From the NCBI GenBank assembly GCA_964443315.1, contig CAYUCP010000003.1:1-45916 (forward strand): a stretch of DNA of 45,916 bases, given 5' to 3'. Numbering within the stretch: the stretch's first letter is position 1; the number at the start of each line of letters is the position of its first letter. Of this stretch, positions 17,201 to 26,332 are shown one piece after another. The translations under genes and the position numbers were made by a program. Source of the stretch: an uncultured Gammaproteobacteria bacterium. Lineage in GTDB: Bacteria > Patescibacteriota > Patescibacteriia > 2-12-FULL-60-25. The notes beneath the pieces are model-generated. The model searched no databases and was not told the DNA's origin. It was given only the letters and a program-made list of their open reading frames with translations.

Positions 17201-18695
17201 ACCTATCCGGGGTTTTGCGCGTCAGCCCGCCGTCATCTTTGAGATCGCTCCGCCACGCTGATCGCCCGCGCATCATGCCCGAAAATGGCAGGGTGCAATC
17301 TACGAGCTGGGCGTGTCCGAGGTCGCGCCCGGTTACGCCCCAATTTCCCCAGCCTTCTTTTGTGATGTTCTTGCTCAAACGAACGCGGTACTGTCCAAGA
17401 TCAATCGGGTCATACCCGTCGTGGCTGCCGCGCAGGGTAAGCGTTGCATCTTCGGCTACGCTTGATTTATCGTTCAGACCGCCGTCTCCATTCAGCAGCG
17501 AGAGGGTGAGTTCGTCCGCGCCGTCGGCAATTTGCGAGAGCGTCCAATCGCCCACCCGCCCGGCCAAATCAAATTCCGGCGCGGCGTATTGCTCTGGCGT
17601 GGTTTCAAACACGACCTGCGAGCCGTTCCCGGCATAAACGATAGTTGAGATTGAGTTTGTGCCGGGCATGAGCATCATCGTGCCGTTGCGCCGGTTCGGG
17701 GTGATGTAGTGCCCCAGCCCGCCAAAACTCCACAATTCTGGCCGCGCGGTTGAGGCCGTCAAATACACGTCATATTGCGTGCGCAAGGTTGTTCCGCTCG
17801 CGTCGCTGGTTAGGCGGGTGACATGCGCAGTCAAATGCAAAACGCTGTTGATGTTTGTGATGGCGCACGGGAATATGTGCGCGTTGTCCGCCAGCGCGTC
17901 CACTGGCACAAGTGGCTGAACGGCGCTTTCTACTCCGTTTTGCAGTGTCCACACCACCGCCCGCCCCGCCGGGTCGGCGTTGGCAACAATCACGATTCCG
18001 CTTGCGCAACTGGCGGCGGCGATGTAAGAGCAATGCTTGGCGATGCCCTGCCACGTTGAGCGCGGCTCTGTCAGCGGCATCTCAATCGCGTTGCGCAGCG
18101 TGATTGCATTCCACGCATCAACAAGATAAAAACGAATGTATGAAACGCCCGCCGAAAATTGATGGGCGCCATCCGCAACCAGCACGTGCCCATCCGCCAG
18201 CGGAATGATGGCCTCAACCCGGCGCACGTACTCCGCCGTGTCCACCCCGCCATACGCAAACGGCGGACCAAAATTGGTAAATTCCAACGCCACCGGCGCA
18301 GTTGTCCCGCTTATCGCCGCGCGTTGCAATTGCCATCGCGTGTCTGCCGTCACCACGCGATACACATGCAGCAGATTTTCTGACCCGCTGCGCTCCATGC
18401 CATATCTCATGGCGGCGGGCAATGCGCCATCGTCAAGCTGCGTTGAATTGACCGTTTCCAATCTGCCCGCGCCCGCAATGCTTAATCTGCCCTTCCCATC
18501 CATGCCTCGCCAGGTGGCATATATCACGCTTCCCGTGTTGGCATACATCTGTGGTGTGTCAGCATCAACGCTGGCCGACAAACGATAGTTGTCTGCCACG
18601 CGGCGCATGAAACCGGGCTTGATGCTGGCCGTCGTGCGCGGGGCGAGCGCAGTTTTGCGCTCGGCGGCAGCGAGGGCGGCGGAGATGGGTCTCAT
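14280..18695 (-). CDS. Large tail tip / host-specificity protein (1471 aa)
   Basis: Start chosen at MRPISAAL (18695) because of its ATGA overlap with the upstream stop; sits after the tape measure and distal tail protein. Confidence 0.65.
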   Translation of the reverse strand: MRPISAALAAAERKTALAPRTTASIKPGFMRRVADNYRLSASVDADTPQMYANTGSVIYATWRGMDGKGRLSIAGAGRLETVNSTQLDDGALPAAMRYGMERSGSENLLHVYRVVTADTRWQLQRAAISGTTAPVALEFTNFGPPFAYGGVDTAEYVRRVEAIIPLADGHVLVADGAHQFSAGVSYIRFYLVDAWNAITLRNAIEMPLTEPRSTWQGIAKHCSYIAAASCASGIVIVANADPAGRAVVWTLQNGVESAVQPLVPVDALADNAHIFPCAITNINSVLHLTAHVTRLTSDASGTTLRTQYDVYLTASTARPELWSFGGLGHYITPNRRNGTMMLMPGTNSISTIVYAGNGSQVVFETTPEQYAAPEFDLAGRVGDWTLSQIADGADELTLSLLNGDGGLNDKSSVAEDATLTLRGSHDGYDPIDLGQYRVRLSKNITKEGWGNWGVTGRDLGHAQLVDCTLPFSGMMRGRSAWRSDLKDDGGLTRKTPDRSWGIVDGGGLRHDGLNDPFFAYFDAFAHEDFLTELIVRADCDDEYHRGQVGVVFGAVDAGDGLSASGNVLIIPKQSSWTGHTQTRSRLRKLKLGAAGWDVAERMSPLVEAVGETTAITEDADAAYPTDNDYSIPAGADTEIAVRMFGEYICIYAKPRDKSYAGCAANAKYTLITRARFSRITRRAHGARPFCGIVLAHDVFASKTAFAGAFYKDIEAQLSDAQTKHGARASAYLTPLTGVVTEVEYPPGSVNATVTGVGTLFTSEVHIGQKLRFNNHVRAVTNIIGDTQISCATVDEFGAALDVYSRVISGQAFIRSGDGYAWCTSAKTEKVVGDDLTLHLNPHALRAALEIGMAARISSDDNTAHSDRLVLSDGVNHLLMNSGWDPTNPIPSGSPGYGGSEPSAWRIIGRAALIAKKPASFYGLPNGISRARYMICAKEIVRYEETSFTAWRENLTSANYAITETWLHAPTKYFLPGEQYGPISAIAPDAGDPFGAVRAGDLVELTTRNSGDNGYFSAEDDKTQTQLYAFGKTGASLALAKYDTPLGAMRAATYEGDLNPRDMVIASGRGAFGTPKSSHKPDEPVAYYPAGSDGKPAAITLKRAGFWSGRFITLEDAIARFCALAGMHKPRFRDAGTLQTTLQANTAKTISKRDQSDFAMDVTAALTADTWLSVYLRGYYRVDFSQPAPGVIALRLIATQDVIAASNGLRVLRAVDVPASDFHLVGEIALRVIAAGTEIIVECAGQTLWTFDLEAIGYVNTDTAPVQISSPIIQTVTARMIELCGEIGDTTFTNEQTISSIIADGLLRDRNVRHRATADGGVEFSAFWERDTLAPLTGLILRDTHGGNSVTMAGQVQAIGDGASGEWIDDGVLAKYGHRFVSVRAGAVKTVAQAVDEARLYLRRLKEQYAGRAMDGFGILEAQPEDAISISYMPGAGWPQLPPTDFVITKKTLAATPDALKGQWELRGFYDA

Positions 18696-19108
18696 GTTTC
18701 GCGCAACTCCAAAGAGACTTCCCATATCGCGCCAGATTTGAAGCATTGCGCATCCAGTGGCTTTGGCAAAAATTCGCCTTTGTTGATGATTGAAACGGTA
18801 TAGGTGTTCGTGTCGCCGCGCATATCTTGAAACGCAAAAGCGTTCCCCGTTCCAGCGAACATATCCTCCAGGTGTTGATACGTGGCGAACCCATCCGGCG
18901 CGGCGGTGTAATAAACGGCCACATCAATATCCCATGCCTTTTTCCGCACGCCAGACGATGTGACGGTGTTCCCGCTCAAATCCTGTTGGATAAGAACGGG
19001 CGCGATCGTTCCTGCGCTATTCTTTGTCCGGCTGAATCTGACAAACATCAGCTTTCCATCACTGATGTTTGCGGTGGGCGATAGTTTTATCAGATACTCG
19101 TTAGCCAT
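18692..19108 (-). CDS. Distal tail protein-like (138 aa)
   Basis: Lies immediately downstream of the tape measure with an 8-nt overlap. Confidence 0.5.
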   Translation of the reverse strand: MANEYLIKLSPTANISDGKLMFVRFSRTKNSAGTIAPVLIQQDLSGNTVTSSGVRKKAWDIDVAVYYTAAPDGFATYQHLEDMFAGTGNAFAFQDMRGDTNTYTVSIINKGEFLPKPLDAQCFKSGAIWEVSLELRET

Positions 19109-21344
19109 ACCGCAACCCGTCCTGATAAATGCGCCGCTCTACCCAGTCAATGGCAACCTCGCCCAGTGTCTTGTCATTTATTCGTATAACCAATGGTTCT
19201 CGTGTGGCGCCGGTAGGTTCTCGCGCCGATGGCGCAACGCGCGATTGAACCTGAGAAGGGGTAGAAAACAACGCGCTGTATTGCCCGGCATCACCGCCAA
19301 AACGTCCCGCCATATCAAGAGAAGGAAACGCCGGCGCGCTTAACGGTTTTAGGGTGGCGACGTAGCCTGCATTCAACCCCAGCGCCATATTTGCGCCAAT
19401 GCCGGCGAATACGGTGGATGGGGATTTAATGCCAAGCAGTTTTTTAATATCGCTAATCGCCTGGTCAATCAGCCCGCGCAGCGCCTGGACGACCTTATCC
19501 CCGTTTGAGAGAATACCCTCAACTAATCCACCGATTAAATTTTTAGCCAAACCAACCATCACGCTGGGCAGCCCCTCCATAAATTTCTTTATGCCTTCCC
19601 ACACATCTGTTACGGTTTGCTGAATGGTCGCCCACGCCCCCGCCCAATCGCCGTTGATGATTTGCATCACCGTTGTAATCACACCCAGCACGGCGTTAAT
19701 GACAGTTTCTACAACGGCCTTGATGCTGTTAAACGCGCCTTCCACCACCCGCAAAAGAATTGGCAAAACAACATCCAAAACCCCTTTTATCGCGTTAAAA
19801 ACGGTGCTAACTGTTTGCTGAATAAGCGGCCAGTTCGTCTGCACCCACGCAACTATCACGCCGAGTTGTGTAATCAAAAATTGAACCATCGGCACGACAA
19901 ATTCATTTATCACCGCCCCAATCCCGCCTAAAACGCCGCCTATGATGGCGCTAATTTGCGGCCAGTTAGTTTGAATCCACCCGATGACCGACCCCAACGC
20001 GCCAATAATGGTTGAAATTGCCGGAATGATGTAAGTGGAAACGACCATCCCAACATCCGCCAGAACCTTGCCAATCACCGCCTGTATTTGCGGCCAGTTC
20101 GCTTGAACCCATGTTATTGCCTGCCCCAGCCCCGCAATAAGCCGCCCAACAAAAGCGCCTACACCCGCGCCAATGTTTTGTATTTGCGCGCGAATGGCGG
20201 GGTCTTGCAGCGCATCCACAAACTTGTTTAGATACGGTTGCGCTTCGCGGAAAATGGGGCCAAAAAAATCGCGTTCAGCGGCTTGTTTCAAATCGCCCAG
20301 CGAGCTTACCAGCCCTGCCAGTGTTCCTGCCTGATCTTTGGCGGCGGTCGCAAAGTTCTTTTCAACGTAACCGTTATAGGCTTCCATCGCAACCTGAGCT
20401 GAGATTAACCCAGCCGCCATTTTCTTGTCAAAGTTGTCACCCGTCAGCCCGGCCACCTTGCCAGATTCAATCAGCATTTCACGGAACGGGATACCGGCTT
20501 CGGTCATCTGCATCAGCTCCTGCCCCATCAATTTGCCTTTGCCGCGCATCTGCCCTAACGCCAGCGAAACGCGCTGCATTACATCGCCAGACGCGCCGGT
20601 GGCCGCCGCTAAATTGACATTTGCCTGGGTCAGTCGCTTTGCCTCGTCGCTGGTGAAGCCGTAGGCCATCGCCTGTTTTATGGATGCTGAAACGTCCTCC
20701 ATGCTGAATGGGGACTGGATGGCGAGTTTCTCCATCCATTTCATCAAATCCTTCGCCTTCTCACCTGCCTGCCGTTGCGCCTCGGCCAGCGTAACGGTTT
20801 GGGTGGATGTCGTCTTAAACACCCCCACCGTTTTGCCCGCGCTCGCGTTATTTTTGTCCATCTCGGCGGTCATTTTGCCGATGCTGGCGTTAAGCGCCGC
20901 AATGCTTGCCTTGCGCTGGTTTATCTCAGCCGCGCTTTCCTTGCCTTTTTTGATGGATTCGCCGAGATGCTCATTGGCAACCGCCAGCCGCGCTTTGGCA
21001 GATTCAATCTTTACCGCCAGTTCCGCGTTTGCCGCCGACTGTTTTGCGGTCATCTGCGTGACCGCTGACCCGATTTGAACCGTCTTTGTTTGAACGCCCT
21101 GTTTTACAATCTCGCGGGCAAGCATTGTTTCGAGCGACTTTCCCAGTCGTTCCTGCGCGGCCACCGCGCCAAACGCTTCTTTCCCGATGTTGGCGATCCC
21201 ATTCCCGATGCCAACCAACCCCGCGGCCAGCGTCCCCCCAATGGCGATCTTTCCGATGTCACCCAGCGCGCCGCCAATTTTTTGCAGCACGCTCGTGGCG
21301 GCGTCCTTTGCCTCCACAAAAATGACAACTCGTTTCTCGCTCAT
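19101..21344 (-). CDS. Tape measure protein
   Basis: 747 aa, alpha-helical and Gly/Ala-rich, with periodic W(V/I)Q(A/T)NWPQI repeats; follows the G/GT chaperone pair. Confidence 0.85.
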   Translation of the reverse strand: MSEKRVVIFVEAKDAATSVLQKIGGALGDIGKIAIGGTLAAGLVGIGNGIANIGKEAFGAVAAQERLGKSLETMLAREIVKQGVQTKTVQIGSAVTQMTAKQSAANAELAVKIESAKARLAVANEHLGESIKKGKESAAEINQRKASIAALNASIGKMTAEMDKNNASAGKTVGVFKTTSTQTVTLAEAQRQAGEKAKDLMKWMEKLAIQSPFSMEDVSASIKQAMAYGFTSDEAKRLTQANVNLAAATGASGDVMQRVSLALGQMRGKGKLMGQELMQMTEAGIPFREMLIESGKVAGLTGDNFDKKMAAGLISAQVAMEAYNGYVEKNFATAAKDQAGTLAGLVSSLGDLKQAAERDFFGPIFREAQPYLNKFVDALQDPAIRAQIQNIGAGVGAFVGRLIAGLGQAITWVQANWPQIQAVIGKVLADVGMVVSTYIIPAISTIIGALGSVIGWIQTNWPQISAIIGGVLGGIGAVINEFVVPMVQFLITQLGVIVAWVQTNWPLIQQTVSTVFNAIKGVLDVVLPILLRVVEGAFNSIKAVVETVINAVLGVITTVMQIINGDWAGAWATIQQTVTDVWEGIKKFMEGLPSVMVGLAKNLIGGLVEGILSNGDKVVQALRGLIDQAISDIKKLLGIKSPSTVFAGIGANMALGLNAGYVATLKPLSAPAFPSLDMAGRFGGDAGQYSALFSTPSQVQSRVAPSAREPTGATREPLVIRINDKTLGEVAIDWVERRIYQDGLRYG

Positions 21345-21780
21345 GATTTTCTACTGTGCCGTTCTTCCTCAGACAGACAGGTCATAAACTGATACAACCG
21401 CGCGGGTTCAACTGTGCGCGGGTCGCACCCCAAAATACGCCACCAGTGCAATTCCACATAGGCTGGCGGTGGTGGCGCCCCTGTTTCCAGATGCGCCACC
21501 ATTGCCAGCTTTAGCCGCTCACCGGTGGCGTTGATTTTGGGTTAAACGCCTCGCCAATTAACTCGATCGCGCGTTTTGTAACTTCTCCAAGTTCGCTCAG
21601 CGGCACGCCATCAAGACCGCCATCAACAACCTTGCCCACAATCTCCATCACTTCTGGCAGGCTGGACATTGGCATATCGCTGCTTGTCCCAATGGCGGCA
21701 AGCAAGCGCATCCCAGAAGGGATGTCCAGCTTGTTTACATCAAACACGAGATCAGCCGCGAGACGGGTTTTGTTTGCCAT
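21341..21780 (-). CDS. Tail assembly chaperone G-T fusion made by a -1 programmed frameshift
   Basis: The -1 frame after the slippery site stays open for about 60 codons (PKINATGERLKLAMVAHLETGAPPPPAYVELHWWRILGCDPRTVEPARLYQFMTCLSEEERHSRKS). It stops in an ATGA overlap with the tape measure start. Confidence 0.7.
21511..21780 (-). CDS. Tail assembly chaperone (gpG analogue)
   Basis: 89 aa, acidic, between the tail tube and tape measure genes. Confidence 0.7.
   Translation of the reverse strand: MANKTRLAADLVFDVNKLDIPSGMRLLAAIGTSSDMPMSSLPEVMEIVGKVVDGGLDGVPLSELGEVTKRAIELIGEAFNPKSTPPVSG
21535..21541 (-). promoter_or_regulatory. -1 frameshift slippery heptamer C CCA AAA
   Basis: Minus strand reads aaC CCA AAA tca in the zero frame, 8 codons before the G stop. 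Confidence 0.65.
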
Positions 21781-21783
21781 AAA

Positions 21784-22233
21784 TTACGCTACGGTTGCCT
21801 GAGAAACGCTTGGGATGACAATGTTCAGTTCCACCATAATCGGGTTCGCGTCCGATGCGTCTGCGCTCGGATACGGTGGGTTTTTCAACACACCCTTGCC
21901 GGATGTAAACTGAAAGTTCCCCGTTGTCCCGCCCTTTGGCGACCAGCGCACGTAGATATCACCGCCACCCTCGTAAGCGGTTTTTGCCATCGTGTAAGCC
22001 TCGGTTGGCACTTCGGTATAGACGATGGATATTTTTGTCTCCATCTCTTTCAGCGCGCCAGACGTGACGATGGGAGAGTTATTGCCAAACACCGGCATAC
22101 TGCCCGTGTCTCGCTCGCCCCCCGATAATTCGATTTTGTTTGAGTGGCCGGAAATGTCCGTCCACGTTGTGCCGTTTGCGCTCAGTTCAAGCTCTAGGTT
22201 TCTTGCCACCACTGCGCCGGTTGTCGTTGCCAT
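21784..22233 (-). CDS. Major tail tube protein
   Basis: Start at MATTTGAVVARNLELE preceded by aaggag; about 150 aa, beta-rich, upstream of the chaperones. Confidence 0.7.
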   Translation of the reverse strand: MATTTGAVVARNLELELSANGTTWTDISGHSNKIELSGGERDTGSMPVFGNNSPIVTSGALKEMETKISIVYTEVPTEAYTMAKTAYEGGGDIYVRWSPKGGTTGNFQFTSGKGVLKNPPYPSADASDANPIMVELNIVIPSVSQATVA

Positions 22234-22390
22234 CTGTTTGCTCCTTGTCTTCAACGCGCTCTATCGCGCCGTTGTCAATCAATCCATCTATTTGCTCTGG
22301 TGTCAGATGAGACAGATCAACTTCTTCTCCAATCGCCACCTCGCACTCGTTTTTGCTGTGCCAGAGCGGTGTTTTTGCCAGATATTTCAT
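22187..22390 (-). CDS. Hypothetical small protein
   Basis: MKYLAKTPLWHSKNECEVAIGEEVDL...; start coupled to the upstream stop; 3' end overlaps the tail tube start. Confidence 0.4.
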   Translation of the reverse strand: MKYLAKTPLWHSKNECEVAIGEEVDLSHLTPEQIDGLIDNGAIERVEDKEQTDGNDNRRSGGKKPRA

Positions 22391-22854
22391 CAAAAAACCC
22401 TCGCGTCCAGGTATATCTTTTCCAGCCGATACTCGACCCCGTTCAGAATCAAGGTGCTGGTGGTTGTCATTTCTGAATACGTCAGATTTTTTACATCTGC
22501 TATGGATGGGTTGGCGTGAACCCACGCGGCAAGTCTTTCTTCGCACGCATCCAGAATTTGCTCGGCGCGTGTCTGTGTCCAGGTTAGATCGTCCTCAACC
22601 GCGTAGCGAACGCACAAGGCTACTTCAACCCGATAATCCGCGCTATCCCCGCCGAATACAGACCCCGAATCACTAGGCCGCCGCGAGCCAGCCGATGCCA
22701 CATACATCGCCGCCGCCTGCCCGCCAAAGTTTGCGGGCAGGCCATTGCAAACCATTTGCACATATCCATCCGTAAGCGGCTTCGATGGGTCAACCATCCA
22801 CGCCAGCAGCGCGGTATAAACTGCATCCCGAACATCGGCTCGCGTCACATTCAC
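22390..22854 (-). CDS. Tail completion / tail terminator-like protein
   Basis: 154 aa, positioned between the head-tail adaptors and the tail tube; ATGA coupling. Confidence 0.5.
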   Translation of the reverse strand: MNVTRADVRDAVYTALLAWMVDPSKPLTDGYVQMVCNGLPANFGGQAAAMYVASAGSRRPSDSGSVFGGDSADYRVEVALCVRYAVEDDLTWTQTRAEQILDACEERLAAWVHANPSIADVKNLTYSEMTTTSTLILNGVEYRLEKIYLDARVF

Positions 22855-23246
22855 GGCATACTCCCCACAAAGCGCGAGACAGCAGAATCAACCGCCGAAA
22901 CCGCCCGCTCATCAACCGTGCGCTGCGCCGCCGCGTGTGCGCCGCCGCGCTCTTCTTCGTAAAGCCCATATACAGCCGGGCGACTGCCAGAACGCGGGTT
23001 TATCGCCCCTTCATCGGTAAACAAAACAGCCCGCGCCCCGCCGTTTTCTATTCGGATTTGCTGCGCGGCGCGAAGCGATCCGGTATCAACATGAGTTATC
23101 CCAATCTTGTAACGATGCAGGTCAATGGCAACCGCCTTGACCATGCGCCCCAGTGCGTCATCCGGGCGCAGGGCGGCGATCATCCTCAGGTTGTCGTGTT
23201 GCGCTTCCTGAATTCCTGTGATGGTTAGGGCGGGGTCGTAACTCAT
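22851..23246 (-). CDS. Head-tail adaptor (HK97 gp10-like)
   Basis: Start at MSYDPALTITGIQ; call rests on position and size. Confidence 0.5.
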   Translation of the reverse strand: MSYDPALTITGIQEAQHDNLRMIAALRPDDALGRMVKAVAIDLHRYKIGITHVDTGSLRAAQQIRIENGGARAVLFTDEGAINPRSGSRPAVYGLYEEERGGAHAAAQRTVDERAVSAVDSAVSRFVGSMP

Positions 23247-23584
23247 CGTTTTGTGTCCTCGCATTTCACATTCCAGAACCCGCCCATCCCGTCCCATGCC
23301 GCTACCGAGATAACTGGAAGTTGCCTGCCTGCATGAAAACCATTTGTTGGCGCGATAAAATCCCCGTTTTTTATCCCGCTTGACGGGGTAAATGTCTGCA
23401 AAAGGGCATACGGCGGCGCAAACCCATCACGCGCGGCCAACTCAGGCGATACTGGATCAAGCGGCGTGCAAAGGATTCCAGACAGCACCAGTGTTGACGC
23501 GCCCGTCCCCGCCACCGCAGTCGCTGGGCGCATCACATTGGCCGTGACCGTAAGTTTTCTGGAGAATGCCCTACTGACGCTCAT
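23243..23584 (-). CDS. Head closure / head-tail joining protein
   Basis: Start at MSVSRAFSRKLTV; call rests on position. Confidence 0.45.
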   Translation of the reverse strand: MSVSRAFSRKLTVTANVMRPATAVAGTGASTLVLSGILCTPLDPVSPELAARDGFAPPYALLQTFTPSSGIKNGDFIAPTNGFHAGRQLPVISVAAWDGMGGFWNVKCEDTKR

Positions 23585-23954
23585 ATTCGTCAATGCCCTC
23601 CTCGTCCGCGCGCTTAAGCCCAACCGAAAACGCGCCTGATACCCCGCTCCCCGGAGTTTCGCCATATGAAGCGCGCAATGCCCGCGCCCTGTTTGCCCAT
23701 TGCCCTGCCAGGGCGCCAAACGTCTCGGTGCGCGGCCCCACCGTGATGGTCGCGCTCGCCGTCCACGCGCGAGACAATGCCTCGCACGCGGCGGCAACCC
23801 CGCGCATCAAATCGCCTTCGCGGTCCAACCAAATCTGCAACTCTTCATCGGTCAAGTTCGCGCCTGTTGGCGTAATGCCAACGCCGGGGGTGGTATCCCC
23901 CAGTTCGAGCCGCATTTTCCCAATGTCTGTTTGCAGGAAATAGGTAAAAGACAC
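23571..23954 (-). CDS. Head-tail connector (gp6-like)
   Basis: GTG start; MSFTYFLQTDIGKMRLELGDTTPG...LTDEELQIWL is typical of connector proteins downstream of the capsid gene. Confidence 0.55.
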   Translation of the reverse strand: MSFTYFLQTDIGKMRLELGDTTPGVGITPTGANLTDEELQIWLDREGDLMRGVAAACEALSRAWTASATITVGPRTETFGALAGQWANRARALRASYGETPGSGVSGAFSVGLKRADEEGIDEYERQ

Positions 23955-23955
23955 G

Positions 23956-24099
23956 CTATTTCTCCTTGCTCTTGCTCTTCTTTTCCAATGGCTTCTCGCT
24001 CAGCTTTGCGGTTTCCTGCGGCGCGACTATCGGGTTTCCGTTCGCGTCATGCGGCTTGCCATCCGTCCCGATGTAATGCCCGCCTGGTATCGTGTCCAT
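23956..24099 (-). CDS. Small Lys-rich protein (47 aa)
   Basis: MDTIPGGHYIGTDGKPHDANGNPIVAPQETAKLSEKPLEKKSKSKEK with an aggagg SD. Confidence 0.45.
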   Translation of the reverse strand: MDTIPGGHYIGTDGKPHDANGNPIVAPQETAKLSEKPLEKKSKSKEK

Positions 24100-24116
24100 A
24101 CACCTCCTGTTTTATT

Positions 24117-24140
24117 AAAAGCCGGATTGCTCCGGCTTCT
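24117..24140 (-). terminator. Weak terminator/attenuator after the major capsid gene
   Basis: Stem agccgga/tccggct (24120..24126, 24131..24137) followed on the minus strand by ttttaat. Confidence 0.5.
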
Positions 24141-24143
24141 AAA

Positions 24144-25199
24144 TTAGGCAATCGTTGGGTCTGTGTAACTTGCGCCAGCAAAATACAAAACGGCGGCGGC
24201 GGTGCGATTCCACACGCCAACGCCGAACTCATCTTCCATAAAGCGGGCATACAACTGGTGCATTGGCGTTTCAGCCGCCATGCGCAAACCCTGCAACGTG
24301 GACTGAGCGCGCTGGCGGAATGCCAAAGGCTTCTGAGAAGCGGAGGGGTCATAGGCCAGAGCGTAGTTTGCGATACCCCACGGGCGCACCCACACTTCAG
24401 CGGCCCCAAAATACCCAACCATGCGGTTGTCCAGCCGGCTCAGGTCAAGTGTTTGTTTTGTCACATCAGTCGCGTTGTAAACAAACCGAGCGTCAGACAA
24501 GGCTTTGAACCCCGTCAATGCGCTCACGGCTGTCTCGTCTGCGGCATTGATCACCACGCGCACCCCGCCATTCCCATGTTCAACCACATCTCGGATGTTG
24601 TCCAAAAACGCGGCTGCGGTCAGGCTCGCATTGGCGTTGTAGTGCGTGTGCGTAGAGCCGTCAAATGTTTCGCCATTGGGGCCGCCGGGGATGTTCGCGC
24701 CATCGGCGTTGATCAACCGCTTCACCGAAAGATCAACCTTGTCCACGAGAAAATCCGTCCACGTGTAGTTTGCGCTCAAAAAGACAGCCTTTTTAATGTC
24801 GCGCAAAACTGCGCGCAGATGGGCTTTTTCGGCCGCGATCTGGGCCATCGCCATATCCTCCGGAGTGTGCATCTCAAACCACTTGGCCGTCCACCCAATG
24901 TTGTATTGAAACAGCCGGAGCGGGAAGGCAACTGTATCGCCAGACGTTGTGGTCTGAGTTGGGGCGCGCCCAAACTCATCAACCTCAACCATTTCTCCGT
25001 CAGTCGCGCCGCCGTAGCGGCGTTGGCGGTCTGTGGTGACTTCGCACAAGTCGCTCAGCATGGCGAGCGTGTTTGCATTGTGCGCGGCCAAATCCGCCCT
25101 CAACACAGGCTCAATGTTGCTCAGCCCATATTGGGCTACGCTTTGATTTTTGACAGCCAGCAAAGCGCTGATGTCATATGTTCCAGTGTTCTGTGCCAT
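24144..25199 (-). CDS. Major capsid protein (HK97-fold type)
   Basis: 351 aa, directly downstream of scaffold and decoration genes, followed by a hairpin. Confidence 0.8.
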   Translation of the reverse strand: MAQNTGTYDISALLAVKNQSVAQYGLSNIEPVLRADLAAHNANTLAMLSDLCEVTTDRQRRYGGATDGEMVEVDEFGRAPTQTTTSGDTVAFPLRLFQYNIGWTAKWFEMHTPEDMAMAQIAAEKAHLRAVLRDIKKAVFLSANYTWTDFLVDKVDLSVKRLINADGANIPGGPNGETFDGSTHTHYNANASLTAAAFLDNIRDVVEHGNGGVRVVINAADETAVSALTGFKALSDARFVYNATDVTKQTLDLSRLDNRMVGYFGAAEVWVRPWGIANYALAYDPSASQKPLAFRQRAQSTLQGLRMAAETPMHQLYARFMEDEFGVGVWNRTAAAVLYFAGASYTDPTIA

Positions 25200-25200
25200 T

Positions 25201-25614
25201 TTATGCAGCCCCCTTTCCGTTCGCGCGGATCACGATGATGTCTGTTGCCGTGATGACTTTCGCCACGCCTACCGCGTCACCAGTTGTGGCGGCTGTATCC
25301 AGTGCCCCAGCCGTTGCCGCTGCATACAGGGTTGCACCAATGGTCAACCCGCTCCCATACTTGAACCGTGTACCCAACCCATACAGCGTGATGGGCTGGC
25401 CCGATTTAGCCGCGCGGGGTGTGAATCCGTAAACAGTCGCGGCTTCGTTAGCCGCCGTGCCGTTGGACTGATACACCTTGCCATCGCTGGCTTTGATGTA
25501 GCAAGGCGCGGCAATCCCCAAATCCTCACCGGCATACAACCCGCTGATTTGTGGCGCGACCTGCGCCGTCACGGTGTCCATGCTGGCGGTAGAAACTTTC
25601 GTTACCAATGCCAT
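25201..25614 (-). CDS. Head decoration protein (DUF2190-like)
   Basis: 137 aa, Gly/Ala/Thr-rich (GLYAGEDLGIAAPCYIKASDGKVYQSNG), between the scaffold and capsid genes. Confidence 0.6.
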   Translation of the reverse strand: MALVTKVSTASMDTVTAQVAPQISGLYAGEDLGIAAPCYIKASDGKVYQSNGTAANEAATVYGFTPRAAKSGQPITLYGLGTRFKYGSGLTIGATLYAAATAGALDTAATTGDAVGVAKVITATDIIVIRANGKGAA

Positions 25615-25625
25615 TTTTTAACCTC

Positions 25626-26165
25626 TTAGAATTGCGAATAAATTCCGCTCGCGCGTTTCTTCGCAATCAACTGTTCGTGTGTCAGTCCGCCGCCCTTCCC
25701 GCGTTCCTGACTGTTTGTATCCGGCGGCGGTGTTTGCTGTTTTGCAAACATTTCCGGGTAAGCCTCTTTGAGGCCGTCCCAGTCCACCTTGCCGTCTTTG
25801 TCAATCAATCCATCTGCAATAGCCAGCGTGAGGGCAGCTTTAACGTTGGTCACACCTTTTGCCGGAGCGTCAAGCGCAAAGTCGGCGCGGCGGCTGGCCG
25901 ATTGGAGTTGCTCCTGCATCTGGCTGAGTTTGGTTTGCATTTCGCTCCCCGCCTCGGCCTTTCCCTGCAATTCCTTAACCAGTTTTGCTAACGCCTTTTG
26001 GTTCTCCCGCTCCGTGTCAAGAGCTTTTTTTAGGTTCTCCGTTTGAGCCTTGTAAAGCCCCTTTTGCTCCTCAGTCCAAGCGGTCTGCCACGTATCCCAC
26101 GTAAGCGGCGCCTCAGACTTCGGTTGCGCCGGCGTCTCGCCGGGGTTGGTTGTGTTATCTGCCAT
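25626..26165 (-). CDS. Scaffolding protein
   Basis: 179 aa, helical and charged (LKKALDTERENQKALAKLVKELQGKAEAGSEMQTKLSQMQEQLQ). Confidence 0.7.
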   Translation of the reverse strand: MADNTTNPGETPAQPKSEAPLTWDTWQTAWTEEQKGLYKAQTENLKKALDTERENQKALAKLVKELQGKAEAGSEMQTKLSQMQEQLQSASRRADFALDAPAKGVTNVKAALTLAIADGLIDKDGKVDWDGLKEAYPEMFAKQQTPPPDTNSQERGKGGGLTHEQLIAKKRASGIYSQF

Positions 26166-26200
26166 GGCATCTCACCATTTCGCGCATCTCGCGCAATGTG

Positions 26201-26257
26201 GAAAAACAAAAACGCGCCGCTTTCAACACAGATTTCTCTGCGTCAAAAGCGGCGCGT
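26201..26257 (-). terminator. Intrinsic terminator inside the leader of the capsid operon
   Basis: 12-bp stem acgcgccgcttt/aaagcggcgcgt (26212..26223, 26246..26257), followed on the minus strand by tttttgtttttc. Confidence 0.7.
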
Positions 26258-26332
26258 CATGCCTTCCGGTTTTGCGTCACCCGCAAGTGCTATGCAGTTG
26301 CAGGTGGAACGTTTGTTCTTTTGTCAGGGGCG

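Noticed and set aside
23700-25238. 512-aa plus-strand ORF
   Set aside because: It lies antisense to the major capsid and connector genes. The sequence is low-complexity and Arg/Cys-rich, with no RBS or coupling. It is typical of a high-GC antisense frame.
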